Under the pieces are notes generated by a model that did no database searches, was not told where the DNA came from, and was given only the letters and a program-made list of their open reading frames with translations. Source: Promethearchaeota archaeon (GTDB taxonomy: Archaea; Asgardarchaeota; Lokiarchaeia; Sigyniarchaeales; SOKP01). From it: a stretch of DNA of 64,000 nucleotides. The translations under genes were made by a program, and so were the position numbers. Location: the NCBI GenBank assembly GCA_048940645.1, contig JBHLOI010000010.1:1-64000 (forward strand), given 5' to 3'. Shown piece by piece: positions 19,917-29,872 of the stretch (position 1 is its first letter; every line of letters begins with the position of its first letter).

Positions 19917-20873
19917 ATGGGTATAAATCAAAAATATTCACTTTTCCTTGGATGTGTCATTCCAAATAGATATCCTTTTATTGAATTAGCAACTCGCAAT
20001 GTATTTCAAAAATTAGGTATTGAGTTTGTCGAAATGGAAGGCGCATCCTGTTGTCCTGCCCCAGGTGTATTTCGTGGATTTGATATAGATACTTGGTTAA
20101 TTATTGGAGCCAGAAATTTAACAATCGCGGAAAAAAACAACCTTGACCTCGCTACAATGTGCAACGGATGTTATGGGAGTCTACTTGAAGTGAATCATCA
20201 ATTGAAAACTAATAAACTAAAACAAAAGATGGTTAATAAACATCTTGCTAAAATAAATCGAGCATATCACGGAAGTGTAAATGTAAAACATATTATCGAA
20301 ATTCTATATAGAGATATAGGAATTGAAAAGTTAAAGAAGAGAGTAAAATATGGCCGTAAGAAAGAATTAGATTTAAACGTGGCAGTCCATTATGGTTGTC
20401 ATATTCAAAAACCAGCGAGTATTAGGCCATGGGGTAATGAAACAGAAAAGCCGCGATTTTTAGATGAATTAGTAGAAATTACAGGTTGTAGAAGTATAGA
20501 TTATAAAGATAAAAATATGTGTTGTGGTGCAGCTGGAGCCGTGAGAAGTGCCTTTAAAGAAATATCATTAGACTTTACTAGGGAGAAACTAGAAAATATA
20601 AGGGCTGCAGGAGCGGAAATAATAGTTACTGCCTGCCCTTTTTGTCATCTTCAATTTGATTTAGGTCAAATTGAAATTAATAATATATTTAAGGAAAAGA
20701 TTGAGACCCCTTTTAATATACCAGTTATTTATTACACACAATTACTGGGTCTTGCATTAGGCTTAAACCCTGAAGATGTTGGATTATTAAGGGATATAGA
20801 ATTAAAAGGAGTACCTCCATTTACATCAATTAAACCTTTTCTAGAAAGAGTGAGTGATGAGATTGAAGGATGA
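19917..20873 (+). CDS. hdrB: Heterodisulfide reductase subunit B
   Basis: FLGC, CCPAPG, CNGC, HYGCH, CCGA and CPFC (two CCG domains). Confidence 0.95.
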   Translation: MGINQKYSLFLGCVIPNRYPFIELATRNVFQKLGIEFVEMEGASCCPAPGVFRGFDIDTWLIIGARNLTIAEKNNLDLATMCNGCYGSLLEVNHQLKTNKLKQKMVNKHLAKINRAYHGSVNVKHIIEILYRDIGIEKLKKRVKYGRKKELDLNVAVHYGCHIQKPASIRPWGNETEKPRFLDELVEITGCRSIDYKDKNMCCGAAGAVRSAFKEISLDFTREKLENIRAAGAEIIVTACPFCHLQFDLGQIEINNIFKEKIETPFNIPVIYYTQLLGLALGLNPEDVGLLRDIELKGVPPFTSIKPFLERVSDEIEG

Positions 20874-22836
20874 GCAAAAAGTAGGTGTATTTATTTGTCA
20901 CTGTGGTAATAATATCGCAGGTGTAATAGATGTAGAGAAACTAACTGATTACGCTAAAACATTACCTAATGTAAAGGTTGCGGAAAATTATAAGTTTATG
21001 TGTTCAGAAATCGGTCAAGGATTAATTCAAAAAAAAATTGAAAGTGGTGAAATTGATCGTGTGATAGTTGCAGCTTGTTCACCACGAATGCATGAATCAA
21101 CTTTTAAAAAAGTTTGTGAAGATGCTGGTTTAAACCAATATTTATGTGAAATAGCAAATATACGTGAACAGTGTAGTTGGGTTAATGTAAATGATCCTAC
21201 AGGAGCTTATGAAATCGCTAAAGCACATGTTAGAATGGGTGTAGCCAAAGTTAATGAACTAAGAGCATTGGATAAATTTTATGTTGATGTTGAACCTGCA
21301 TGTCTAGTTGTAGGCGGAGGGATAGCTGGTATGAATGCCTCATTAGATCTTGCTAATTTTGGATATAAAGTTTATTTAGTTGAAAAAACACCTACAATAG
21401 GTGGACATATGGCACAACTTGATAAAACTTTTCCAACATTAGATTGTTCATCGTGTGTTATCACTCCTAAGATGTCTGAAGTAGCTAAAGCAAGTAATAT
21501 TGAATTATTGACATATTCTGAAGTTTCTGAAATTTCAGGCTACATTGGCAATTTTGTCGTTAAAATAAAGAAATATCCTCACTATATTGACCAAGAAAAA
21601 TGTACTGGCTGCGGAAGTTGTGCTGAGGCATGCATTGTTGTAAGTCCAAACGAATTTGATATAGGGATGAAAAAGAGAAAAGCTGCATATATCCCATTTC
21701 CTCAAGCAATTCCAGGAAAATATACAATTGATATGGATCACTGTATAAAATGTGGAATATGTGCTGAAATATGTCCTGTTGGGGCAATTAATTATGATGA
21801 TGCAATAGAGTATAAAAATATTAAGGTGGGGGCAATAATTTTAGCAACCGGCTTTGATACATATGATCCAACAATATTAACTCAATATGGTTATGGATAT
21901 TATCCAAATGTAATTACTGGGCTTCAAATGGAAAGATTATTAAGTTCTTTTGGTCCAACTGGTGGTAAAATCCAAAGACCATCTGATTTAAAAGAACCAT
22001 CTACTATAGTTTTCTTACAATGTGTAGGTAGCAGAGATTTTACTGAAAAAGGAAATAAGTATTGCTCTAGAGTATGTTGTATGTATTCAGCAAAACAAGC
22101 ACGCCTTTATAAGGAGAAGCATCCAGATTCTAAGGTTTATATTTTTTATATTGATATTCGAGCATTTGGGAAAGGTTATGAAGAATTTTATGATTCTACT
22201 GCTAGAGATTTTAATGTTAAATTTATAAGAGGAAGAATCTCTGAGGTACTTGAAGACAAAGATCATAATATTATCGTCCGTGGAGAAGATACTCTACTTC
22301 AGAGATTAGTTGAAATTAAGGTAGATTTACTAGTTTTAGCAGTGGGACTAGAACCACGAGCAGATTCCAGTAATGTTGCCCACTTATTTAATGTACAGAA
22401 TTCAGAAGATGGATTTTTAATGGAAGCACATCCAAAATTACGTCCAGTCGAAACTCTTACAGATGGAATTTTCATTGCAGGTACAGTTCAAGGTCCTAAA
22501 GATATTCCTGATACCGTTGCTCAAGCGAAAGCAGCAGCAGTTGAAGCTGCCTTATTAATTGCTAGAGGTAAAGTTGAAATAGATCCCATCTTTTCAATCA
22601 TTTTAAGCCATAAATGCACTGGTTGTAAAAGTTGCATAAGTTTATGTCCTTACAATGCAATTTCATTTAATGAGCTTAAAAGAATAGCTGAAATTAATAA
22701 GGTTTTATGTAAAGGGTGCGGTACTTGCGTTGCAGCTTGCCCAAGTTCTGCTATCATACAAAATCAATTTGCAGATGTACAATTATTACCAATGGTACAT
22801 AATGCTATTCAAAAACCAGATGAGGTGGAAGGCTGA
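20854..22836 (+). CDS. hdrA: Heterodisulfide reductase subunit A (Cys form)
   Basis: CHCGNNIA, AACSP, NIREQCSW, GGGIAG, DKTFPTLDCSSC, QCVGSR, CSRVCC and ferredoxin motifs. No in-frame TGA. Confidence 0.96.
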   Translation: MMRLKDEQKVGVFICHCGNNIAGVIDVEKLTDYAKTLPNVKVAENYKFMCSEIGQGLIQKKIESGEIDRVIVAACSPRMHESTFKKVCEDAGLNQYLCEIANIREQCSWVNVNDPTGAYEIAKAHVRMGVAKVNELRALDKFYVDVEPACLVVGGGIAGMNASLDLANFGYKVYLVEKTPTIGGHMAQLDKTFPTLDCSSCVITPKMSEVAKASNIELLTYSEVSEISGYIGNFVVKIKKYPHYIDQEKCTGCGSCAEACIVVSPNEFDIGMKKRKAAYIPFPQAIPGKYTIDMDHCIKCGICAEICPVGAINYDDAIEYKNIKVGAIILATGFDTYDPTILTQYGYGYYPNVITGLQMERLLSSFGPTGGKIQRPSDLKEPSTIVFLQCVGSRDFTEKGNKYCSRVCCMYSAKQARLYKEKHPDSKVYIFYIDIRAFGKGYEEFYDSTARDFNVKFIRGRISEVLEDKDHNIIVRGEDTLLQRLVEIKVDLLVLAVGLEPRADSSNVAHLFNVQNSEDGFLMEAHPKLRPVETLTDGIFIAGTVQGPKDIPDTVAQAKAAAVEAALLIARGKVEIDPIFSIILSHKCTGCKSCISLCPYNAISFNELKRIAEINKVLCKGCGTCVAACPSSAIIQNQFADVQLLPMVHNAIQKPDEVEG

Positions 22837-23264
22837 TTACTGAGACAGAAATTGGATCTTTCGATCCATCAATTCTAGGCATTTTTTGCCATTGGTGTTC
22901 ATATGCAGGAGCAGATCAAGCAGGAACATCACGGATGCAAAGATATGCAAGCCTGAGAATTTTACGAGTAATGTGTGGAGGAAGAATTGATCCCCAATTT
23001 ATAGTTACTGCTTTAAAAGATGGAGTAGATGGTGTTTTAATTTCACATTGCCATCTCGGAGATTGTCATTACGTATCAGGAAATTACAAAACTGCAAGAA
23101 AAATACCATTATTATCAACATATATAAAACAATTCGGAATTAATCCTAAAAGAATCAAATATGTATTTGTTTCTGCTTCTGAAGGAACCAAATTAACTAA
23201 AATTGTCAATAACTTTGTAGAAGAATTAAAACAATTAGGTCCTAATCCATTAAAAAAAAAGTGA
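22833..23264 (+). CDS. mvhD: Hydrogenase [2Fe-2S] subunit MvhD (Cys form; start extended, CTG/ATT start)
   Basis: The frame upstream of the track ATG 22935 encodes the essential FDPSILGIFCHWCSYAGADQAGTSR. With an in-frame TGA at 22821 and SD GAGGTG at 22822, only CTG 22833 or ATT 22836 are plausible starts. Also RVMCGGR and CHLGDCHY. Confidence 0.92.
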   Translation: MITETEIGSFDPSILGIFCHWCSYAGADQAGTSRMQRYASLRILRVMCGGRIDPQFIVTALKDGVDGVLISHCHLGDCHYVSGNYKTARKIPLLSTYIKQFGINPKRIKYVFVSASEGTKLTKIVNNFVEELKQLGPNPLKKK

Positions 23265-23277
23265 GAGTGAGCGAAAA

Positions 23278-23952
23278 TTGTATCCGAGAGTTAAGGAAAT
23301 TAAAACAAATGAATTCAACGAAGCTATTTTAAATTTTTATACTGAAAATTATGCTATTAAAATTGACAAGGAGAAATGCATTGGATGTGGACTATGTATT
23401 AAAGTTTGTCCTAATAGTGCTATATCCAGTCAAAACTTAGAAGGAAAAATAAGGATTACTACTAAAGAACTTATACCAGATATACCTAATGTTCTTAAAT
23501 GTTCATATTGTGGAACTTGTGCTTATATGTGCCCCTCAGTGGCAATATCACTGAAATATAATGGAAAATTAATAAATACAGACGATTTAGGAATAGTTAA
23601 GAAAAAAGTTATCCCACAATTGGATTATGATTTGATTAAAAGTAAAAAATTTAAGAAAAATTTAAAAGTGTACACTGATGGAAAAATTTCTGTAAATTGG
23701 GATAAATGTATCTCATGTTTGTCATGTGTGGATGTGTGCCCTTCAGAAGCATTTTTTAAGACGTCAAATCAAAAGAAAACTAACTCAAAAACTAAAAAAG
23801 TATCATTTCTGCAAGAAAGATGTATTAGTTGTGGTACATGTGTAAGAGCATGTTCAAAAAAGGCTATAAATTTGAAAATTAATACGATACATTATTCTAG
23901 CGATTATAAAAAGATTTTCTGGGAATCGTTATTAGAACGTATTCTAAGTTAA
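23278..23952 (+). CDS. Polyferredoxin, 4x[4Fe-4S] (MvhB/FwdF-like)
   Basis: Four CxxCxxCxxxC motifs. Confidence 0.88.
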   Translation: MYPRVKEIKTNEFNEAILNFYTENYAIKIDKEKCIGCGLCIKVCPNSAISSQNLEGKIRITTKELIPDIPNVLKCSYCGTCAYMCPSVAISLKYNGKLINTDDLGIVKKKVIPQLDYDLIKSKKFKKNLKVYTDGKISVNWDKCISCLSCVDVCPSEAFFKTSNQKKTNSKTKKVSFLQERCISCGTCVRACSKKAINLKINTIHYSSDYKKIFWESLLERILS

Positions 23953-24263
23953 TTTTATCAAAAACTTATATTTTATAAGAAATTGATAACAAAACCTCTA
24001 GAGCTTTTTAGAGATTGATCAAAAGAAGTGTAGTTTTGCTAGGAATAGATCATTTTTTATTGCATTTTTGACAAAGAAACAAAATTTATAAAAAAATTTT
24101 TACTCAGATTGAAACTTTAATATAATAATTGTTTAAAATTGAGACTGGGACCAATCGAATAGTTTAAATTAGCCTATAAACGTTATACTTAAATATTATC
24201 AATTAGAATTTAATTTTAAGGAACATAAATTAATGTAAATTGAAAAAAAAAAGATGATAATGA

Positions 24264-24458
24264 ATGGTAGAAGCAATTTTAGATAAATTAGAGGATGAAA
24301 TTAAGATATCTATTCCTGAAATCAAAATCAAAGGCAAGGAGAATATTGATCAATATTTCAGGCTATTATTAGCAGGAACACCTCGTTTAAGGTTTTCTAT
24401 AACCGATAATAAGGGAAAAGAACTTTACGCTAACATCTTAAATGTTGAAATGCGTTAA
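24264..24458 (+). CDS. Small hypothetical protein
   Basis: 64-aa ATG ORF with protein-like composition in an otherwise empty intergenic gap. Confidence 0.55.
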   Translation: MVEAILDKLEDEIKISIPEIKIKGKENIDQYFRLLLAGTPRLRFSITDNKGKELYANILNVEMR

Positions 24459-24681
24459 AAATTCATCGAATTCGTTTGTACCAGAATTGTCTCCTCAAGA
24501 TTAGAATCGAATTAGATATTTTATTAATTTAAAACATTGAAATAATTTCAGCCCTTTAATTTAATGCTTAACACGAATTTTTAGATAACGAAAAGCAAAT
24601 GATATCTTTAGAATGAAACTAGAACTAAGTAAAATTATTTTTTTATTTTAAATCGTATAATTATAAGGAATTATTATTAAA

Positions 24682-26808
24682 ATGAATTTACAACCCAGTA
24701 CAATTTATAGTGATTACAGAGGGCAAAATATTGGCAAATCTAAAGCTGTGGATCTATTAATTTTTATAATTGAGAATATTGAAAATGATGATATAAGAAA
24801 GGAATGTATTGATATTTTAAATAAGATTGAAATAAAACAGAATAGAGTATTTAAAATATTGGAAAATATTTTGATTTCTGATTCAAATGAAAATTTAAGA
24901 TATGCTGCTACAAAAGTGATAAGAAATAAGTTTAGAAAGAAAGCATTAAGACCTTTTTTATGGGCGCTTCAACATGAATCTTGCTATAACTGCTTATTAA
25001 CAATATTAAAATCACTCGAGGAATTTAATGATAAAAAAGTTAATATTATGCTTATTAATGAAATCAACAAGATTGAAAATGAAAAATTTATTGCAAGTTT
25101 ATCATCCTTAATTGATAATAACAGAATTAAAAACTATTCAACTCAAGATTTAGCAAAGATTTTAATTAATCACTCAACAATTTTCTCTTTATCAAAGAAA
25201 TTCAAAAAACTCAAATATAATTTGGAAAATGGTTTAGTATCTGAATTAGATTTCTCAAATGTTGATGATCTTGTTATAGATTGGCGACATAGAGAAATAC
25301 TTCAAGATCATACTGATATTATTGGAATACAAAATTTATTAAATCTCAAAAGAATTGAATTTTTGCCTTTAAACTGGGCTTTAAAGAATGATTTAACATT
25401 TAATTGTACAATGGCTTTGATAGACGCTTTAGAAAGGCTTAATAATCATATTGCTAAAAACACTCTAATTTCTCAAATAGAAAAAATTAAAGATAAAGAA
25501 TTTGTGGATTCAATTAAAGATTTATTAAAAACTAATATTTCGTTTAATAATTTTTCAATATCTAACTTATCTGATATTTTAAGAAACTTTATAACCACTT
25601 CTTATTTTAAAAGAAAAAATTGTCAATTAAAATATGAAATAGAAAAAGGAGAAGTAATAAAATTACATATTGAGGGAAAACCTATTGTTAATTTATCAAC
25701 TTTGATTAAACACCTTAACTCACTAAGACAGCTTGTTTTAAAAAAATGCAATCTATATAAACTTCCTGAATCTATTAGTACTTTTAATAATCTAGAATTA
25801 TTGGATTTAGAAGGAAATAATATAGAACATTTACCTTTTTATATCGGAATTCCCAATTCTTTAAAGATATTAAACCTAAATGATAATCAATTAAAAGATT
25901 TGCCTTTTTCTATTGGAGAACTTTATAGATTAGAGTCTTTAAATTTGTCTAATAATCAATTAACTTTTATTCCTGATTCACTAGGACATCTTTCTTCTTT
26001 AAAATATTTAAATTTGGGCAGGAACAAATTAGAAAAGATTCCTGAATCAATTGGTGATTTAAAGTCTCTCAAATATTTAGATTTAAACTCGAATAAGTTA
26101 ACTATTCTACCTGAATCAATAGGATTACTTAGATCACTCGAGATATTAGATGTTGCGAAAAACTTATTAATTAAACTCCCAATTACTTTAAATCTTTTTA
26201 GTTCATTAAAATATCTTAATTTAGAAGAAAATAAATTAACATATTTACCCGAATCAATTAGTAACCTCAGATCATTAGAAACATTAAGATTGGGATGGAA
26301 TAAACTAAAATCACTTCCAATTTCGATTGGTTCCTTAAAATCAATTAAAACTATTTATCTAATCCATAATAACCTAACAAAACTTTCTGATTCAATAAGT
26401 CTTCTTTCTTCTCTTGAAACAATAGACTTAACTTGGAATCACTTAACATCAATCCCTGAATCCATTGGAAAATTAACTTATTTAAAAATTTTAAAATTGG
26501 GGGGCAATCAATTAAAAAAACTACCGAAATCAATAGGGGCCCTTATTTCTCTAGAAATTTTAAATTTAGATGAAAATAGGCTAAATAATCTCCCAGATTC
26601 CATTTGTTTATTAAAATCTCTACAAGAATTATGGTTAAATGGTAATGAATTAACTCAATTACCGAAATCTATAGGGAATCTCTCATCATTAAAGAAATTA
26701 TTGGTAAATAATAATAAATTGAAATCCATTCCTAATTCAATTGAAAAAATATCATCTCTTGAAGTAATGTCTTTAGAATGGAACGAGATTAAAAATCTTA
26801 AATCTTAA
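24682..26808 (+). CDS. HEAT-like plus leucine-rich-repeat protein
   Basis: N-terminal HEAT-like helices (LENILISDSNENLRYAA) and about 16 C-terminal 23-aa LRRs (LxxLxLxxNxLxxLPxSIGxL). Confidence 0.92.
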   Translation: MNLQPSTIYSDYRGQNIGKSKAVDLLIFIIENIENDDIRKECIDILNKIEIKQNRVFKILENILISDSNENLRYAATKVIRNKFRKKALRPFLWALQHESCYNCLLTILKSLEEFNDKKVNIMLINEINKIENEKFIASLSSLIDNNRIKNYSTQDLAKILINHSTIFSLSKKFKKLKYNLENGLVSELDFSNVDDLVIDWRHREILQDHTDIIGIQNLLNLKRIEFLPLNWALKNDLTFNCTMALIDALERLNNHIAKNTLISQIEKIKDKEFVDSIKDLLKTNISFNNFSISNLSDILRNFITTSYFKRKNCQLKYEIEKGEVIKLHIEGKPIVNLSTLIKHLNSLRQLVLKKCNLYKLPESISTFNNLELLDLEGNNIEHLPFYIGIPNSLKILNLNDNQLKDLPFSIGELYRLESLNLSNNQLTFIPDSLGHLSSLKYLNLGRNKLEKIPESIGDLKSLKYLDLNSNKLTILPESIGLLRSLEILDVAKNLLIKLPITLNLFSSLKYLNLEENKLTYLPESISNLRSLETLRLGWNKLKSLPISIGSLKSIKTIYLIHNNLTKLSDSISLLSSLETIDLTWNHLTSIPESIGKLTYLKILKLGGNQLKKLPKSIGALISLEILNLDENRLNNLPDSICLLKSLQELWLNGNELTQLPKSIGNLSSLKKLLVNNNKLKSIPNSIEKISSLEVMSLEWNEIKNLKS

Positions 26809-26844
26809 AAAGATTTTTTTTAGAAAAAATTCTACTATTATTTT

Positions 26845-28215
26845 CTAATAAAATTCACAATCATTAAGCAGTTGTGAGATATCCATAACCTTTATGGGTG
26901 AATTGTCTTCAGTTGCAACTTCGAATAAATTATTTTTACAAAAAACACATGAACTGACAAGAACTTCAGCATTAGTTTCAACTGCTTCTTTTAAACGATC
27001 TTCTCTTATTCTAACCATACAAGCACGAGTTTCGGATATTCTATCTCTACCTATCTCACCTGCTATCTCACCATATAGGGCTTTTACTCCACCTCCGGCT
27101 CCGCAACACCAAGACATGTCTTTATTATGTTTCATTTCAAATAATTTGACACCTTCGATCATATTTATGAGTTCTCTTGGTTCTTCAAAAACCCCACAAT
27201 ATCTACCTAGATGGCATGGATCGTGATATGTAATAAGTAAAGGATCTTCTTTTGAACGCTTTTTATATCGAATTTTTAAATTCTTTTCTTTAACAGTTTT
27301 TAATACGAATTGTGTTAAGTGATAAAGGTCAAATTCAAGTTTTTGACCCGCATACTTAGTATATTCAAGTGTGAATGTGGAAAAACATCCAGAACAAGAA
27401 AATACGACTTCAGATACGCCGCTCTGTAGAATAATTTTGTAATTATGTTTTACAAGTTCGATGGCTTCATCTTCTAATCCAGTTCGAAATAATACTGATC
27501 CACAACATTGTTCTTCAGGAAAAAGAACAAATTCCACACCAAGTTTGGCTAAAACTTGGCTTGTTGCAGTAACTAATTCTTTATTTCTATAAGAAGAAGT
27601 ACACCCTACAAAATAACCAACCTTGCCTGGAATGGGCTTCTGACTTTCTAAATCTATGCTTGTTCTTATCGAATCCATTTCTTGTTTTGCTCGTTCATAT
27701 GCTTCTTTTCCTTCTTCACAAGCATTGCACCAATTAAATCTATCTATGTGCTTTTCTAAAAAAGGATTATTATTTTCAATAATCGAATTTTTTAGAATTT
27801 TTAATTTTGCAGGTACTGCTCCTTTCTTCACTACTTCTTTACGAAAATTTTGAAATACTTCCAATGTATCAATCCCAACAGGGCATACGACTCTACAATT
27901 ACCACATAGCATACAACGAAAAACAGAAGGTATTATTTCCTCCTTATCAAATTTAATATCTTTATTATCTAATGCTTTAATAATTCTATTCCTTCCGCCA
28001 GCATAATCTGTTTCTGACCACGAAGTATTATATACCTTACAAACATGTCGACAATAGCCGCAATGTGTACACCGATCATATGAATATTTTTCTTTTGTTT
28101 TGCTCTTAGGTTCTATTAAGTTTTCTTTAGAAGGGGAAACTAAACCCGCAACAGGTGGACCAGTAGTAATTAAATTTTTCAAATCTTTTTTCTCTTTACC
28201 TTCACTCATCTGCAT
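26845..28215 (-). CDS. HdrD/GlcF-like Fe-S oxidoreductase (2x[4Fe-4S] plus two CCG domains)
   Basis: CTHCGYCRHVC, CMLCGNCRVVCP, CCGS, CSGC, YHDPCHLGR, CCGAGGG and CVFC. Confidence 0.9.
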   Translation of the reverse strand: MQMSEGKEKKDLKNLITTGPPVAGLVSPSKENLIEPKSKTKEKYSYDRCTHCGYCRHVCKVYNTSWSETDYAGGRNRIIKALDNKDIKFDKEEIIPSVFRCMLCGNCRVVCPVGIDTLEVFQNFRKEVVKKGAVPAKLKILKNSIIENNNPFLEKHIDRFNWCNACEEGKEAYERAKQEMDSIRTSIDLESQKPIPGKVGYFVGCTSSYRNKELVTATSQVLAKLGVEFVLFPEEQCCGSVLFRTGLEDEAIELVKHNYKIILQSGVSEVVFSCSGCFSTFTLEYTKYAGQKLEFDLYHLTQFVLKTVKEKNLKIRYKKRSKEDPLLITYHDPCHLGRYCGVFEEPRELINMIEGVKLFEMKHNKDMSWCCGAGGGVKALYGEIAGEIGRDRISETRACMVRIREDRLKEAVETNAEVLVSSCVFCKNNLFEVATEDNSPIKVMDISQLLNDCEFY

Positions 28216-28341
28216 CTCTCTTCTTTCTTTATATCTACCATACTGAAAATATATTCAAATTAAATAAATTTAATTATTATAATTTATTCGACTTTAATCT
28301 TAATGGGTTATAGAAATTCATAATATAATTCAGACTTTTTT

Positions 28342-29847
28342 TCATAAAATTTTATATAATAATTTAGCAGTATTAAAGAGCAAAGAAATTCTCCAGAATT
28401 TTAATCTAGAATCAACTATACGATAGGAGTTAAATAAATCCTTTGGATCTAATTTATTTTTTAAAATTTTTCTTTTAGCAACAATTTCGGGTTTGTATTT
28501 TAATAAATAAAAAGTATTCACAATTCCTATTGTATATACACGATCCCCTTGATTAAAAGCTTGTATTGAAAGATCGTGTAAAAATGCTTTAACAGTGAAA
28601 AATTCTCTGGGTTTAACTATATCAGATAACCCGAAAACTTTTATTCTACTATATCCTTTTATTCCCGCGATTGTATATAGAGCTGTTGGAAATTTATACT
28701 TTTTACTTTCTTTAAGATATCTTTCAAAAAACTTATTTAACCTCTGATCAGAAATCCAATATTCTTGAAATAACAAATTTCTTGTTGAACGTCCGATAGA
28801 TACTTCAGCATCACTAATATCTCGCCATTTTTCTTTTAAATATACTTTATCTACTTCAATCCCTCCTAAATTTAAAGCAATAGTTTCAGAAGCTGATAAA
28901 TTTTGAGAAGTAATTTCAGGATCATCATAAAATACAGCCCAAACTAGCCAATCTTGTTCTGGAAAATTTATATGAGAATATTTTTCAAATTTACGCTCTG
29001 AAATCGAAATAAAAAATGGCTTATTTGTAAATTGATCTTTAAGATTTCTATAAAAGTCAATTGCATTTTGGTATGAAGAAAAACCATATCCAATTATTTC
29101 CAAGGAAGTTTTAAGAGTTGTAAGAGATAATTCGACTTCTGCAATAGCACCATAAATCCCATAAGTCCCAACAATATCATCCAGAGAGATTTCTCCTTTA
29201 GAATTTTTGGAAATTTCCATTATTCTTCCATCAGGAAGGACTATTTTTAAACTCAGAATCGAGTCTTCCATGGATCCATATTTTGGTACTCCTATTCCAG
29301 CAGTTCCAGGAGTTGATATAAAACCACCAACACAAGAGGTCTTAAAACTTGTAGGGTAACATTTGGGTGCAAGACCATAATCAGCAAGTTTTTCAATTAA
29401 ATTTAGCCATGAAATACCAGTTCCTACTTTAACTGTCATATTATTTTTGTCAATATTATGAATTTTGTTTAATCTGCGGGTATCTATTATTAAACCTCCT
29501 TTTGAAGGAGTTGCTGAAGAAAAACATGATGTACCTGCAGCTCTTACTGTTATTGGGATTTTTCGCTCATTACACTTTTTTATTAATAGAGAAAGACTTG
29601 TGATATCTGCGGGACGGGCTATTAAATTTGCAAGATAATTTTTTTTAAATTTATAATGATATGAAGGTAACGATGTGAGATCAGCAGATGCAGATTCAAG
29701 TTCATAAGGATTTGAACTAACGTGATAAGGAGATATAAATTCTTTTATAACTTCTTCAAAATTTTGGCTGGGTTTTTTTTTCTTTACATTTGGTGAGTTT
29801 ATAATATTAGATTCACTCTCTGAATTTTTATTATTGATTCCATTCAA
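28342..29847 (-). CDS. FAD-binding oxidoreductase (GlcD/D-lactate dehydrogenase-like)
   Basis: FAD-binding PCMH motifs: VRAAGTS, PTS...VGGFIST...G...KYG, GTYGIYGAI and terminal KxKLDPxDLFN. Confidence 0.85.
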   Translation of the reverse strand: MNGINNKNSESESNIINSPNVKKKKPSQNFEEVIKEFISPYHVSSNPYELESASADLTSLPSYHYKFKKNYLANLIARPADITSLSLLIKKCNERKIPITVRAAGTSCFSSATPSKGGLIIDTRRLNKIHNIDKNNMTVKVGTGISWLNLIEKLADYGLAPKCYPTSFKTSCVGGFISTPGTAGIGVPKYGSMEDSILSLKIVLPDGRIMEISKNSKGEISLDDIVGTYGIYGAIAEVELSLTTLKTSLEIIGYGFSSYQNAIDFYRNLKDQFTNKPFFISISERKFEKYSHINFPEQDWLVWAVFYDDPEITSQNLSASETIALNLGGIEVDKVYLKEKWRDISDAEVSIGRSTRNLLFQEYWISDQRLNKFFERYLKESKKYKFPTALYTIAGIKGYSRIKVFGLSDIVKPREFFTVKAFLHDLSIQAFNQGDRVYTIGIVNTFYLLKYKPEIVAKRKILKNKLDPKDLFNSYRIVDSRLKFWRISLLFNTAKLLYKIL

Positions 29848-29872
29848 TCATATTAATATCTAGTTTTTAAAA

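Noticed and set aside
20854-23264. Possible Sec codons in hdrA and mvhD
   Set aside because: The usual Sec positions are encoded as Cys and there is no internal in-frame TGA.
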